Source: the human T2T-CHM13v2.0 reference genome, Homo sapiens. From it: a stretch of 64,000 nt of DNA. The stretch lies in assembly GCF_009914755.1 (NCBI RefSeq), contig NC_060940.1; one strand, written 5' to 3'. The position numbers and the translations under genes are program-made. Below the pieces are notes generated by a model. That model had not been told where the DNA came from and did no database searches. It saw nothing but the letters and a program-made list of their open reading frames with translations. Of this stretch, positions 27,901-43,200 are shown one piece after another (the stretch's first letter is position 1; every line of letters starts with the position of its first letter).

Positions 27901-30900
27901 ATGATGATTCCATTCATGTCGATTTGGTGATTCCATTTGACTTCATTTGATGATGATTCCTTTCAAGTTCATTAGATGATTCCATTCGATTCCATTTGAT
28001 GATGATCCCATTCGAGTCCATTCAGTGATTCCATTCGTTTCCATTCCATGATGATTCCATTCCATTCCATTCAATGATTCCATTCGATTCCGTTTGATGA
28101 TGATTTCATTCGAGTCCATTTGATGTTTCCATTCGTTTCCATTCCATGATGATTCCATTCCATTCCATTCAATGATTCCATTCGATTCCGTTTGGTGATG
28201 ATTTCATTCGAGTCCATTTGATGATTCCATTTGATTCCATTCGATGATGATTCCATTCGAGTCCATTCGATGATTCTATTCGAATCCACTTGATGATTTC
28301 TTTTGATTATAGTTGGTGATGATTCCATTGGAGTCCATTCAATGATTCCATTCGATTCCAATCGATGGTGATTCCATTAGAGTCCATTTAATGATTCCAT
28401 TTGATTCCAGTCTCTGATGATTACATTCGAGTCCATACGATGATTCCACTCAATTCCATATGATGATGATTCCATTCGATTCCATTCGATGATTCCATTC
28501 TATTCTAATCGATGATGATTCCATTCGATTCCATTCGATGATGATTGGATTCGATTCCATTTGATGATTTCATTTGATTCCATTCGTTAATGATTTCGAT
28601 CAACTCCATTCGATGATTCCATTCGATTCCATTCGATAATGATTACATCCGAGTCCATTCGATGACTCCATTTGAGCCCGTTCGATAATTCCATTTGAGT
28701 CCAATCAATGATTCCATTCATTTCCATTCAATGATTCCATTCGAGTCCATTTGATCATTCTGGTAGGGTCCGTTCGATGTTGATTCCATTGGAGTGCATT
28801 CGATGATTCCATTCGAGTCCATTTTATGATTTGATTCGAGTCCTTTCGATGATTCCATTCGATTCCACTCGATGATGATTTCATTCGAGTCCATTCGACA
28901 CTTCCAATCGATTCCATTTGATGTTTCCATTCGAGTCCAATTGATGATTCCATTCAATTCCATTCGATGATGATTCCGTACGATTCCATTCTGTGATGAT
29001 TCCATGTGATTGCATTCAATGATGATTCCTTTCGATTGCATTCGATTGTGATTCATTTCGTGTTCATTCTATGGTTCCACAGGTTTCCATTCGTGTCCAT
29101 TCCATTATTCCATTCTATTCCATTTCATGATGATTCCATTCGATTCCATTCATTGGTGATTCCACTCAATTCCATTCAATGATTCCATTCCATTTCTTTC
29201 AACAATGATTCCATTAGGTTCTAATCGATGATCCACTTGATTCCATTTGATGACGATTCCATTCTTGCCATTCGATGATTCCATTTGATTCCATATGATG
29301 ATGATTCCATTCGATTCCATACGATGATGATTCCATTCGAGTCCATTCAATGGTGATTCCATTCCATTCCATTCCATGATTCCTTTTGATTCCATTCGAT
29401 GATGATGGCATTCGATTCCTTTCAATCATTCCCTTTGATTCCATTCAAAGGTGATTTCATTCAAGTCCATTCGATAATTGCATTCGATTCCATTCTATGA
29501 TGATTCCATTCGAGTCCATTTGATGATTCCATTCAATTCAAGTCAATGATGATTCCATTCGATTCCATTCGATGATTCCATTGGATTCCATTCGATGATG
29601 ATTCCATTCAAATCCATTCGATAATTCAATTCAAGTCCATTCGATGATGATTCCAATCGAATCCATTCAAAGATTCCATTCAGTTCCATTCGATGATAAC
29701 CTTAGATTCCATTCGATGATTCCACTTGTTTCCATTTACGATGATTCCATTCGATTCCATGTGATGATTCCATTCAATTCTATTCAATGATGTCTCCATT
29801 TGATTCCATTCGACCATGATTGCCTTTGCTTCCATTCAATGTTTCCATTCGGTTCCTTTTGATGATGATTCCGTTCGATTCCATTTGATGATTCCATTTG
29901 ATTCCATTGGATGAGTCCATTCGATTACATTCGATGATTATTCCATTCGAGTGCATTAGATGATTCCATTCGAGTCCATTCGATGATTCCATTCGATTCC
30001 ATTCGATGTTGATTCTGTTCAAATCCATTCGATGATTCCACTCGATTCCATTCGATGACTCCATTTGATCCCATTCGATGATTTCCTGTGATTCCCTTTG
30101 ATGATCATTCCATTTGATTCAATTCGGTGATTTCATTTGATTCCATTCAGTGATGTTTCCATTCCACTCCATTCGATGATGATTCCATTCGACTCCATTC
30201 GATTATGATTTCATTCAATTCCATTCGATAATGATTCCCTTCAAGTCCATTCGATGATTCCATTCGATTCCATTCAACGATGATTTGATTCGTGTCCATT
30301 CGATGATTCCATTTGATTCCACTTGATGATGATTCCATTCGAGTCCATTTGATGATTCCATTCAATTCCATTCTCCGATGATTTCTTTTGAGCCCATTCA
30401 ATGCTTCCACTCGATTCCATATGATGATGACTCCATTCGATTAAATTCGATGATGATTCCGTTCGCTTGCGTTCGATGATGATTCCACTTGAGTCCGTTA
30501 GAAGATTCTATTCAATTACATTCCATGACGATTCCGATCGAGTCCATTTGATGATTCCATTAGACTCCATTCGACGATGATTCCATTCGATGTTATTCGA
30601 TGATTCCATTCGATCTCATTCGATGATGATTCCATTCAACTCCATTCGATGTTTCCATTCGAGTTCATTCTATTATTCCATTAGATTCCATTCGATGATG
30701 ATTCCATTCGATTCCATTTGATGATTGCATTCTATTTCATTTGATGATGATTCCATTCGAGTCCACTCGATGATTCCATTCGAGTCCATTTAATGAATCC
30801 ATTGGTTTCAATTCTATGATGATTACATTGGATTCCATTCGTTGATGATTTCATTCGGTTCCATTCAATGATGATTCCATTCAATTCCTTTCAATGTTTC

Positions 30901-33900
30901 CATTCAATTGCATACGATGATGCTTCCATTTGATTTGATTCGACAGTGAGCCATTCGATTCAATTCCATGATGAATCTATTTTATTCAATTGGTTGACAT
31001 TTCCATTCGATTCCATTCGATGATGATTCCCTTTGATTCCATTCAAAGATGATTCCATTCTAGCCCATTCAATCATTCCATTCGATTCTATTCAATGATG
31101 ATTCCATTCATGTCGATTTGGTGATTCCATTTGACTTCATTTGATGATGATTCCTTTCAAGTTCATTAGATGATTCCATTCGATTCCATTTGATGATGAT
31201 CCCATTCGAGTCCATTCAGTGATTCCATTCGTTTCCATTCCATGATGATTCCATTCCATTCCATTCAATGATTCCATTCGATTCCGTTTGATGATGATTT
31301 CATTCGAGTCCATTTGATGTTTCCATTCGTTTCCATTCCATGATGATTCCATTCCATTCCATTCAATGATTCCATTCGATTCCGTTTGGTGATGATTTCA
31401 TTCGAGTCCATTTGATGATTCCATTTGATTCCATTCGATGATGATTCCATTCGAGTCCATTCGATGATTCTATTCGAATCCACTTGATGATTTCTTTTGA
31501 TTATAGTTGGTGATGATTCCATTGGAGTCCATTCAATGATTCCATTCGATTCCAATCGATGGTGATTCCATTAGAGTCCATTTAATGATTCCATTTGATT
31601 CCAGTCTCTGATGATTCCATTCGAGTCCATACGATGATTCCACTCAATTCCATATGATGATGATTCCATTCGATTCCATTCGATGATTCCATTCTATTCT
31701 AATCGATGATGATTCCATTCGATTCCATTCGATGATGATTGGATTCGATTCCATTTGATGATTTCATTTGATTCCATTCGTTAATGATTTCGATCAACTC
31801 CATTCGATGATTCCATTCGATTCCATTCGATAATGATTACATCCGAGTCCATTCGATGATTCCATTTGAGCCCGTTCGATAATTCCATTTGAGTCCAATC
31901 AATGATTCCATTCATTTCCATTCAATGATTCCATTCGAGTCCATTTGATCATTCTGGTAGGGTCCGTTCGATGTTGATTCCATTGGAGTGCATTCGATGA
32001 TTCCATTCGAGTCCATTTTATGATTTGATTCGAGTCCTTTCGATGATTCCATTCGATTCCACTCGATGATGATTTCATTCGAGTCCATTCGACACTTCCA
32101 ATCGATTCCATTTGATGTTTCCATTCGAGTCCAATTGATGATTCCATTCAATTCCATTCGATGATGATTCCGTACGATTCCATTCTGTGATGATTCCATG
32201 TGATTGCATTCAATGATGATTCCTTTCGATTGCATTCGATTGTGATTCATTTCGTGTTCATTCTATGGTTCCACAGGTTTCCATTCGTGTCCATTCCATT
32301 ATTCCATTCTATTCCATTTCATGATGATTCCATTCGATTCCATTCATTGGTGATTCCACTCAATTCCATTCAATGATTCCATTCCATTTCTTTCAACAAT
32401 GATTCCATTAGTTTCTAATCGATGATCCACTTGATTCCATTTGATGACGATTCCATTCTTGCCATTCGATGATTCCATTTGATTCCATATGATGATGATT
32501 CCATTCGATTCCATACGATGATGATTCCATTCGAGTCCATTCAATGGTGATTCCATTCCATTCCATTCCATGATTCCTTTTGATTCCATTCGATGATGAT
32601 GGCATTCGATTCCTTTCAATCATTCCCTTTGATTCCATTCAAAGGTGATTTCATTCAAGTCCATTCGATAATTGCATTCGATTCCATTCTATGATGATTC
32701 CATTCGAGTCCATTTGATGATTCCATTCAATTCAAGTCAATGATGATTCCATTCGATTCCATTCGATGATTCCATTGGATTCCATTCGATGATGATTCCA
32801 TTCAAATCCATTCGATAATTCAATTCAAGTCCATTCGATGATGATTCCAATCGAATCCATTCAAAGATTCCATTCAGTTCCATTCGATGATAACCTTAGA
32901 TTCCATTCGATGATTCCACTTGTTTCCATTTACGATGATTCCATTCGATTCCATGTGATGATTCCATTCAATTCTATTCAATGATGTCTCCATTTGATTC
33001 CATTCGACCATGATTGCCTTTGCTTCCATTCAATGTTTCCATTCGGTTCCTTTTGATGATAATTCCGTTCGATTCCATTTGATGATTCCATTTGATTCCA
33101 TTGGATGAGTCCATTCGATTACATTCGATGATTATTCCATTCGAGTGCATTAGATGATTCCATTCGAGTCCATTCGATGATTCCATTCGATTCCATTCGA
33201 TGTTGATTCTGTTCAAATCCATTCGATGATTCCACTCGATTCCATTCGATGACTCCATTTGATCCCATTCGATGATTTCCTGTGATTCCCTTTGATGATC
33301 ATTCCATTTGATTCAATTCGGTGATTTCATTTGATTCCATTCAGTGATGTTTCCATTCCACTCCATTCGATGATGATTCCATTCGACTCCATTCGATTAT
33401 GATTTCATTCAATTCCATTCGATAATGATTCCCTTCAAGTCCATTCGATGATTCCATTCGATTCCATTCAACGATGATTTGATTCGTGTCCATTCGATGA
33501 TTCCATTTGATTCCACTTGATGATGATTCCATTCGAGTCCATTTGATGATTCCATTCAATTCCATTCTCCGATGATTTCTTTTGAGCCCATTCAATGCTT
33601 CCACTCGATTCCATATGATGATGACTCCATTCGATTAAATTCGATGATGATTCCGTTCGCTTGCGTTCGATGATGATTCCACTTGAGTCCGTTAGAAGAT
33701 TCTATTCAATTACATTCCATGACGATTCCGATCGAGTCCATTTGATGATTCCATTAGACTCCATTCGACGATGATTCCATTCGATGTTATTCGATGATTC
33801 CATTCGATCTCATTCGATGATGATTCCATTCAACTCCATTCGATGTTTCCATTCGAGTTCATTCTATTATTCCATTAGATTCCATTCGATGATGATTCCA

Positions 33901-36900
33901 TTCGATTCCATTTGATGATTGCATTCTATTTCATTTGATGATGATTCCATTCGAGTCCACTCGATGATTCCATTCGAGTCCATTTAATGAATCCATTGGT
34001 TTCAATTCTATGATGATTACATTGGATTCCATTCGTTGATGATTTCATTCGGTTCCATTCAATGATGATTCCATTCAATTCCTTTCAATGTTTCCATTCA
34101 ATTGCATACGATGATGCTTCCATTTGATTTGATTCGACAGTGAGCCATTCGATTCAATTCCATGATGAATCTATTTTATTCAATTGGTTGACATTTCCAT
34201 TCGATTCCATTCGATGATGATTCCCTTTGATTCCATTCAAAGATGATTCCATTCTAGCCCATTCAATCATTCCATTCGATTCTATTCAATGATGATTCCA
34301 TTCATGTCGATTTGGTGATTCCATTTGACTTCATTTGATGATGATTCCTTTCAAGTTCATTAGATGATTCCATTCGATTCCATTTGATGATGATCCCATT
34401 CGAGTCCATTCAGTGATTCCATTCGTTTCCATTCCATGATGATTCCATTCCATTCCATTCAATGATTCCATTCGATTCCGTTTGATGATGATTTCATTCG
34501 AGTCCATTTGATGTTTCCATTCGTTTCCATTCCATGATGATTCCATTCCATTCCATTCAATGATTCCATTCGATTCCGTTTGGTGATGATTTCATTCGAG
34601 TCCATTTGATGATTCCATTTGATTCCATTCGATGATGATTCCATTCGAGTCCATTCGATGATTCTATTCGAATCCACTTGATGATTTCTTTTGATTATAG
34701 TTGGTGATGATTCCATTGGAGTCCATTCAATGATTCCATTCGATTCCAATCGATGGTGATTCCATTAGAGTCCATTTAATGATTCCATTTGATTCCAGTC
34801 TCTGATGATTCCATTCGAGTCCATACGATGATTCCACTCAATTCCATATGATGATGATTCCATTCGATTCCATTCGATGATTCCATTCTATTCTAATCGA
34901 TGATGATTCCATTCGATTCCATTCGATGATGATTGGATTCGATTCCATTTGATGATTTCATTTGATTCCATTCGTTAATGATTTCGATCAACTCCATTCG
35001 ATGATTCCATTCGATTCCATTCGATAATGATTACATCCGAGTCCATTCGATGATTCCATTTGAGCCCGTTCGATAATTCCATTTGAGTCCAATCAATGAT
35101 TCCATTCATTTCCATTCAATGATTCCATTCGAGTCCATTTGATCATTCTGGTAGGGTCCGTTCGATGTTGATTCCATTGGAGTGCATTCGATGATTCCAT
35201 TCGAGTCCATTTTATGATTTGATTCGAGTCCTTTCGATGATTCCATTCGATTCCACTCGATGATGATTTCATTCGAGTCCATTCGACACTTCCAATCGAT
35301 TCCATTTGATGTTTCCATTCGAGTCCAATTGATGATTCCACTCAATTCCATTCGATGATGATTCCGTACGATTCCATTCTGTGATGATTCCATGTGATTG
35401 CATTCAATGATGATTCCTTTCGATTGCATTCGATTGTGATTCATTTCGTGTTCATTCTATGTTTCCACAGGTTTCCATTCGTGTCCATTCCATTATTCCA
35501 TTCTATTCCATTTCATGATGATTCCATTCGATTCCATTCATTGGTGATTCCACTCAATTCCATTCAATGATTCCATTCCATTTCTTTCAACAATGATTCC
35601 ATTAGGTTCTAATCGATGATCCACTTGATTCCATTTGATGACGATTCCATTCTTGCCATTCGATGATTCCATTTGATTCCATATGATGATGATTCCATTC
35701 GATTCCATACGATGATGATTCCATTCGAGTCCATTCAATGGTGATTCCATTCCATTCCATTCCATGATTCCTTTTGATTCCATTCGATGATGATGGCATT
35801 CGATTCCTTTCAATCATTCCCTTTGATTCCATTCAAAGGTGATTTCATTCAAGTCCATTCGATAATTGCATTCGATTCCATTCTATGATGATTCCATTCG
35901 AGTCCATTTGATGATTCCATTCAATTCAAGTCAATGATGATTCCATTCGATTCCATTCGATGATTCCATTGGATTCCATTCGATGATGATTCCATTCAAA
36001 TCCATTCGATAATTCAATTCAAGTCCATTCGATGATGATTCCAATCGAATCCATTCAAAGATTCCATTCAGTTCCATTCGATGATAACCTTAGATTCCAT
36101 TCGATGATTCCACTTGTTTCCATTTACGATGATTCCATTCGTTTCCATGTGATGATTCCATTCAATTCTATTCAATGATGTCTCCATTTGATTCCATTCG
36201 ACCATGATTGCCTTTGCTTCCATTCAATGTTTCCATTCGGTTCCTTTTGATGATAATTCCGTTCGATTCCATTTGATGATTCCATTTGATTCCATTGGAT
36301 GAGTCCATTCGATTACATTCGATGATTATTCCATTCGAGTGCATTAGATGATTCCATTCGAGTCCATTCGATGATTCCATTCGATTCCATTCGATGTTGA
36401 TTCTGTTCAAATCCATTCGATGATTCCACTCGATTCCATTCGATGACTCCATTTGATCCCATTCGATGATTTCCTGTGATTCCCTTTGATGATCTTTCCA
36501 TTTGATTCAATTCGGTGATTTCATTTGATTCCATTCAGTGATGTTTCCATTCCACTCCATTCGATGATGATTCCATTCGACTCCATTCGATGATTCTATT
36601 CGAATCCACTTGATGATTTCTTTTGATTATAGTTGGTGATGATTCCATTGGAGTCCATTCAATGATTCCATTCGATTCCAATCGATGGTGATTCCATTAG
36701 AGTCCATTTAATGATTCCATTTGATTCCAGTCTCTGATGATTCCATTCGAGTCCATACGATGATTCCACTCAATTCCATATGATGATGATTCCATTCGAT
36801 TCCATTCGATGATTCCATTCTATTCTAATCGATGATGATTCCATTCGATTCCATTCGATGATGATTGGATTCGATTCCATTTGATGATTTCATTTGATTC

Positions 36901-37269
36901 CATTCGTTAATGATTTCGATCAACTCCATTCGATGATTCCATTCGATTCCATTCGATAATGATTACATCCGAGTCCATTCGATGATTCCATTTGAGCCCG
37001 TTCGATAATTCCATTTGAGTCCAATCAATGATTCCATTCATTTCCATTCAATGATTCCATTCGAGTCCATTTGATCATTCTGGTAGGGTCCGTTCGATGT
37101 TGATTCCATTGGAGTGCATTCGATGATTCCATTCGAGTCCATTTTATGATTTGATTCGAGTCCTTTCGATGATTCCATTCGATTCCACTCGATGATGATT
37201 TCATTCGAGTCCATTCGACACTTCCAATCGATTCCATTTGATGTTTCCATTCGAGTCCAATTGATGATT

Positions 37270-40200
37270 CCACTCAATTCCATTCGATGATGATTCCGTA
37301 CGATTCCATTCTGTGATGATTCCATGTGATTGCATTCAATGATGATTCCTTTCGATTGCATTCGATTGTGATTCATTTCGTGTTCATTCTATGGTTCCAC
37401 AGGTTTCCATTCGTGTCCATTCCATTATTCCATTCTATTCCATTTCATGATGATTCCATTCGATTCCATTCATTGGTGATTCCACTCAATTCCATTCAAT
37501 GATTCCATTCCATTTCTTTCAACAATGATTCCATTAGTTTCTAATCGATGATCCACTTGATTCCATTTGATGACGATTCCATTCTTGCCATTCGATGATT
37601 CCATTTGATTCCATATGATGATGATTCCATTCGATTCCATACGATGATGATTCCATTCGAGTCCATTCAATGGTGATTCCATTCCATTCCATTCCATGAT
37701 TCCTTTTGATTCCATTCGATGATGATGGCATTCGATTCCTTTCAATCATTCCCTTTGATTCCATTCAAAGGTGATTTCATTCAAGTCCATTCGATAATTG
37801 CATTCGATTCCATTCTATGATGATTCCATTCGAGTCCATTTGATGATTCCATTCAATTCAAGTCAATGATGATTCCATTCGATTCCATTCGATGATTCCA
37901 TTGGATTCCATTCGATGATGATTCCATTCAAATCCATTCGATAATTCAATTCAAGTCCATTCGATGATGATTCCAATCGAATCCATTCAAAGATTCCATT
38001 CAGTTCCATTCGATGATAACCTTAGATTCCATTCGATGATTCCACTTGTTTCCATTTACGATGATTCCATTCGATTCCATGTGATGATTCCATTCAATTC
38101 TATTCAATGATGTCTCCATTTGATTCCATTCGACCATGATTGCCTTTGCTTCCATTCAATGTTTCCATTCGGTTCCTTTTGATGATAATTCCGTTCGATT
38201 CCATTTGATGATTCCATTTGATTCCATTGGATGTGTCCATTCGATTACATTCGATGATTATTCCATTCGAGTGTATTAGATGATTCCATTCGAGTCCATT
38301 CGATGATTCCATTCGATTCCATTCGATGTTGATTCTGTTCAAATCCATTCGATGATTCCACTCGATTCCATTCGATGACTCCATTTGATCCCATTCGATG
38401 ATTTCCTGTGATTCCCTTTGATGATCATTCCATTTGATTCAATTCGGTGATTTCATTTGATTCCATTCAGTGATGTTTCCATTCCACTCCATTCGATGAT
38501 GATTCCATTCGACTCCATTCGATTATGATTTCATTCAATTCCATTCGATAATGATTCCCTTCAAGTCCATTCGATGATTCCATTCGATTCCATTCAACGA
38601 TGATTTGATTCGTGTCCATTCGATGATTCCATTTGATTCCACTTGATGATGATTCCATTCGAGTCCATTTGATGATTCCATTCAATTCCATTCTCCGATG
38701 ATTTCTTTTGAGCCCATTCAATGCTTCCACTCGATTCCATATGATGATGACTCCATTCGATTAAATTCGATGATGATTCCGTTCGCTTGCGTTCGATGAT
38801 GATTCCACTTGAGTCCGTTAGAAGATTCTATTCAATTACATTCCATGACGATTCCGATCGAGTCCATTTGATGATTCCATTAGACTCCATTCGACGATGA
38901 TTCCATTCGATGTTATTCGATGATTCCATTCGATCTCATTCGATGATGATTCCATTCAACTCCATTCGATGTTTCCATTCGAGTTCATTCTATTATTCCA
39001 TTAGATTCCATTCGATGATGATTCCATTCGATTCCATTTGATGATTGCATTCTATTTCATTTGATGATGATTCCATTCGAGTCCACTCGATGATTCCATT
39101 CGAGTCCATTTAATGAATCCATTGGTTTCAATTCTATGATGATTACATTGGATTCCATTCGTTGATGATTTCATTCGGTTCCATTCAATGATGATTCCAT
39201 TCAATTCCTTTCAATGTTTCCATTCAATTGCATACGATGATGCTTCCATTTGATTTGATTCGACAGTGAGCCATTCGATTCAATTCCATGATGAATCTAT
39301 TTTATTCAATTGGTTGACATTTCCATTCGATTCCATTCGATGATGATTCCCTTTGATTCCATTCAAAGATGATTCCATTCTAGCCCATTCAATCATTCCA
39401 TTCGATTCTATTCAATGATGTTTCCATTCATGTCGATTTGGTGATTCCATTTGACTTCATTTGATGATGATTCCTTTCAAGTTCATTAGATGATTCCATT
39501 CGATTCCATTTGATGATGATCCCATTCGAGTCCATTCAGTGATTCCATTCGTTTCCATTCCATGATGATTCCATTCCATTCCATTCAATGATTCCATTCG
39601 ATTCCGTTTGATGATGATTTCATTCGAGTCCATTTGATGTTTCCATTCGTTTCCATTCCATGATGATTCCATTCCATTCCATTCAATGATTCCATTCGAT
39701 TCCGTTTGGTGATGATTTCATTCGAGTCCATTTGATGATTCCATTTGACTCCATTCGATGATGATTCCATTCGAGTCCATTCGATGATTCTATTCGAATC
39801 CACTTGATGATTTCTTTTGATTATAGTTGGTGATGATTCCATTGGAGTCCATTCAATGATTCCATTCGATTCCAATCGATGGTGATTCCATTAGAGTCCA
39901 TTTAATGATTCCATTTGATTCCAGTCTCTGATGATTCCATTCGAGTCCATACGATGATTCCACTCAATTCCATATGATGATGATTCCATTCGATTCCATT
40001 CGATGATTCCATTCTATTCTAATCGATGATGATTCCATTCGATTCCATTCGATGATGATTGGATTCGATTCCATTTGATGATTTCATTTGATTCCATTCG
40101 TTAATGATTTCGATCAACTCCATTCGATGATTCCATTCGATTCCATTCGATAATGATTACATCCGAGTCCATTCGATGATTCCATTTGAGCCCGTTCGAT

Positions 40201-43200
40201 AATTCCATTTGAGTCCAATCAATGATTCCATTCATTTCCATTCAATGATTCCATTCGAGTCCATTTGATCATTCTGGTAGGGTCCGTTCGATGTTGATTC
40301 CATTGGAGTGCATTCGATGATTCCATTCGAGTCCATTTTATGATTTGATTCGAGTCCTTTCGATGATTCCATTCGATTCCACTCGATGATGATTTCATTC
40401 GAGTCCATTCGACACTTCCAATCGATTCCATTTGATGTTTCCATTCGAGTCCAATTGATGATTCCATTCAATTCCATTCGATGATGATTCCGTACGATTC
40501 CATTCTGTGATGATTCCATGTGATTGCATTCAATGATGATTCCTTTCGATTGCATTCGATTGTGATTCATTTCGTGTTCATTCTATGGTTCCACAGGTTT
40601 CCGTTCGTGTCCATTCCATTATTCCATTCTATTCCATTTCATGATGATTCCATTCGATTCCATTCATTGGTGATTCCACTCAATTCCATTCAATGATTCC
40701 ATTCCATTTCTTTCAACAATGATTCCATTAGGTTCTAATCGATGATCCACTTGATTCCATTTGATGACGATTCCATTCTTGCCATTCGATGATTCCATTT
40801 GATTCCATATGATGATGATTCCATTCGATTCCATACGATGATGATTCCATTCGAGTCCATTCAATGGTGATTCCATTCCATTCCATTCCATGATTCCTTT
40901 TGATTCCATTCGATGATGATGGCATTCGATTCCTTTCAATCATTCCCTTTGATTCCATTCAAAGGTGATTTCATTCAAGTCCATTCGATAATTGCATTCG
41001 ATTCCATTCTATGATGATTCCATTCGAGTCCATTTGATGATTCCATTCAATTCAAGTCAATGATGATTCCATTCGATTCCATTCGATGATTCCATTGGAT
41101 TCCATTCGATGATGATTCCATTCAAATCCATTCGATAATTCAATTCAAGTCCATTCGATGATGATTCCAATCGAATCCATTCAAAGATTCCATTCAGTTC
41201 CATTCGATGATAACCTTAGATTCCATTCGATGATTCCACTTGTTTCCATTTACGATGATTCCATTCGATTCCATGTGATGATTCCATTCAATTCTATTCA
41301 ATGATGTCTCCATTTGATTCCATTCGACCATGATTGCCTTTGCTTCCATTCAATGTTTCCATTCGGTTCCTTTTGATGATAATTCCGTTCGATTCCATTT
41401 GATGATTCCATTTGATTCCATTGGATGAGTCCATTCGATTACATTCGATGATTATTCCATTCGAGTGCATTAGATGATTCCATTCGAGTCCATTCGATGA
41501 TTCCATTCGATTCCATTCGATGTTGATTCTGTTCAAATCCATTCGATGATTCCACTCGATTCCATTCGATGACTCCATTTGATCCCATTCGATGATTTCC
41601 TGTGATTCCCTTTGATGATCATTCCATTTGATTCAATTCGGTGATTTCATTTGATTCCATTCAGTGATGTTTCCATTCCACTCCATTCGATGATGATTCC
41701 ATTCGACTCCATTCGATTATGATTTCATTCAATTCCATTCGATAATGATTCCCTTCAAGTCCATTCGATGATTCCATTCGATTCCATTCAACGATGATTT
41801 GATTCGTGTCCATTCGATGATTCCATTTGATTCCACTTGATGATGATTCCATTCGAGTCCATTTGATGATTCCATTCAATTCCATTCTCCGATGATTTCT
41901 TTTGAGCCCATTCAATGCTTCCACTCGATTCCATATGATGATGACTCCATTCGATTAAATTCGATGATGATTCCGTTCGCTTGCGTTCGATGATGATTCC
42001 ACTTGAGTCCGTTAGAAGATTCTATTCAATTACATTCCATGACGATTCCGATCGAGTCCATTTGATGATTCCATTAGACTCCATTCGACGATGATTCCAT
42101 TCGATGTTATTCGATGATTCCATTCGATCTCATTCGATGATGATTCCATTCAACTCCATTCGATGTTTCCATTCGAGTTCATTCTATTATTCCATTAGAT
42201 TCCATTCGATGATGATTCCATTCGATTCCATTTGATGATTGCATTCTATTTCATTTGATGATGATTCCATTCGAGTCCACTCGATGATTCCATTCGAGTC
42301 CATTTAATGAATCCATTGGTTTCAATTCTATGATGATTACATTGGATTCCATTCGTTGATGATTTCATTCGGTTCCATTCAATGATGATTCCATTCAATT
42401 CCTTTCAATGTTTCCATTCAATTGCATACGATGATGCTTCCATTTGATTTGATTCGACAGTGAGCCATTCGATTCAATTCCATGATGAATCTATTTTATT
42501 CAATTGGTTGACATTTCCATTCGATTCCATTCGATGATGATTCCCTTTGATTCCATTCAAAGATGATTCCATTCTAGCCCATTCAATCATTCCATTCGAA
42601 TCTATTCAATGATGATTCCATTCATGTCGATTTGGTGATTCCATTTGACTTCATTTGATGATGATTCCCTTCAAGTTCATTAGATGATTCCATTCGATTC
42701 CATTTGATGATGATCCCATTCGAGTCCATTCAGTGATTCCATTCGTTTCCATTCCATGATGATTCCATTCCATTCCATTCAATGATTCCATTCGATTCCG
42801 TTTGATGATGATTTCATTCGAGTCCATTTGATGTTTCCATTCGTTTCCATTCCATGATGATTCCATTCCATTCCATTCAATGATTCCATTCGATTCCGTT
42901 TGGTGATGATTTCATTCGAGTCCATTTGATGATTCCATTTGATTCCATTCGATGATGATTCCATTCGAGTCCATTCGATGATTCTATTCGAATCCACTTG
43001 ATGATTTCTTTTGATTATAGTTGGTGATGATTCCATTGGAGTCCATTCAATGATTCCATTCGATTCCAATCGATGGTGATTCCATTAGAGTCCATTTAAT
43101 GATTCCATTTGATTCCAGTCTCTGATGATTCCATTCGAGTCCATACGATGATTCCACTCAATTCCATATGATGATGATTCCATTCGATTCCATTCGATGA

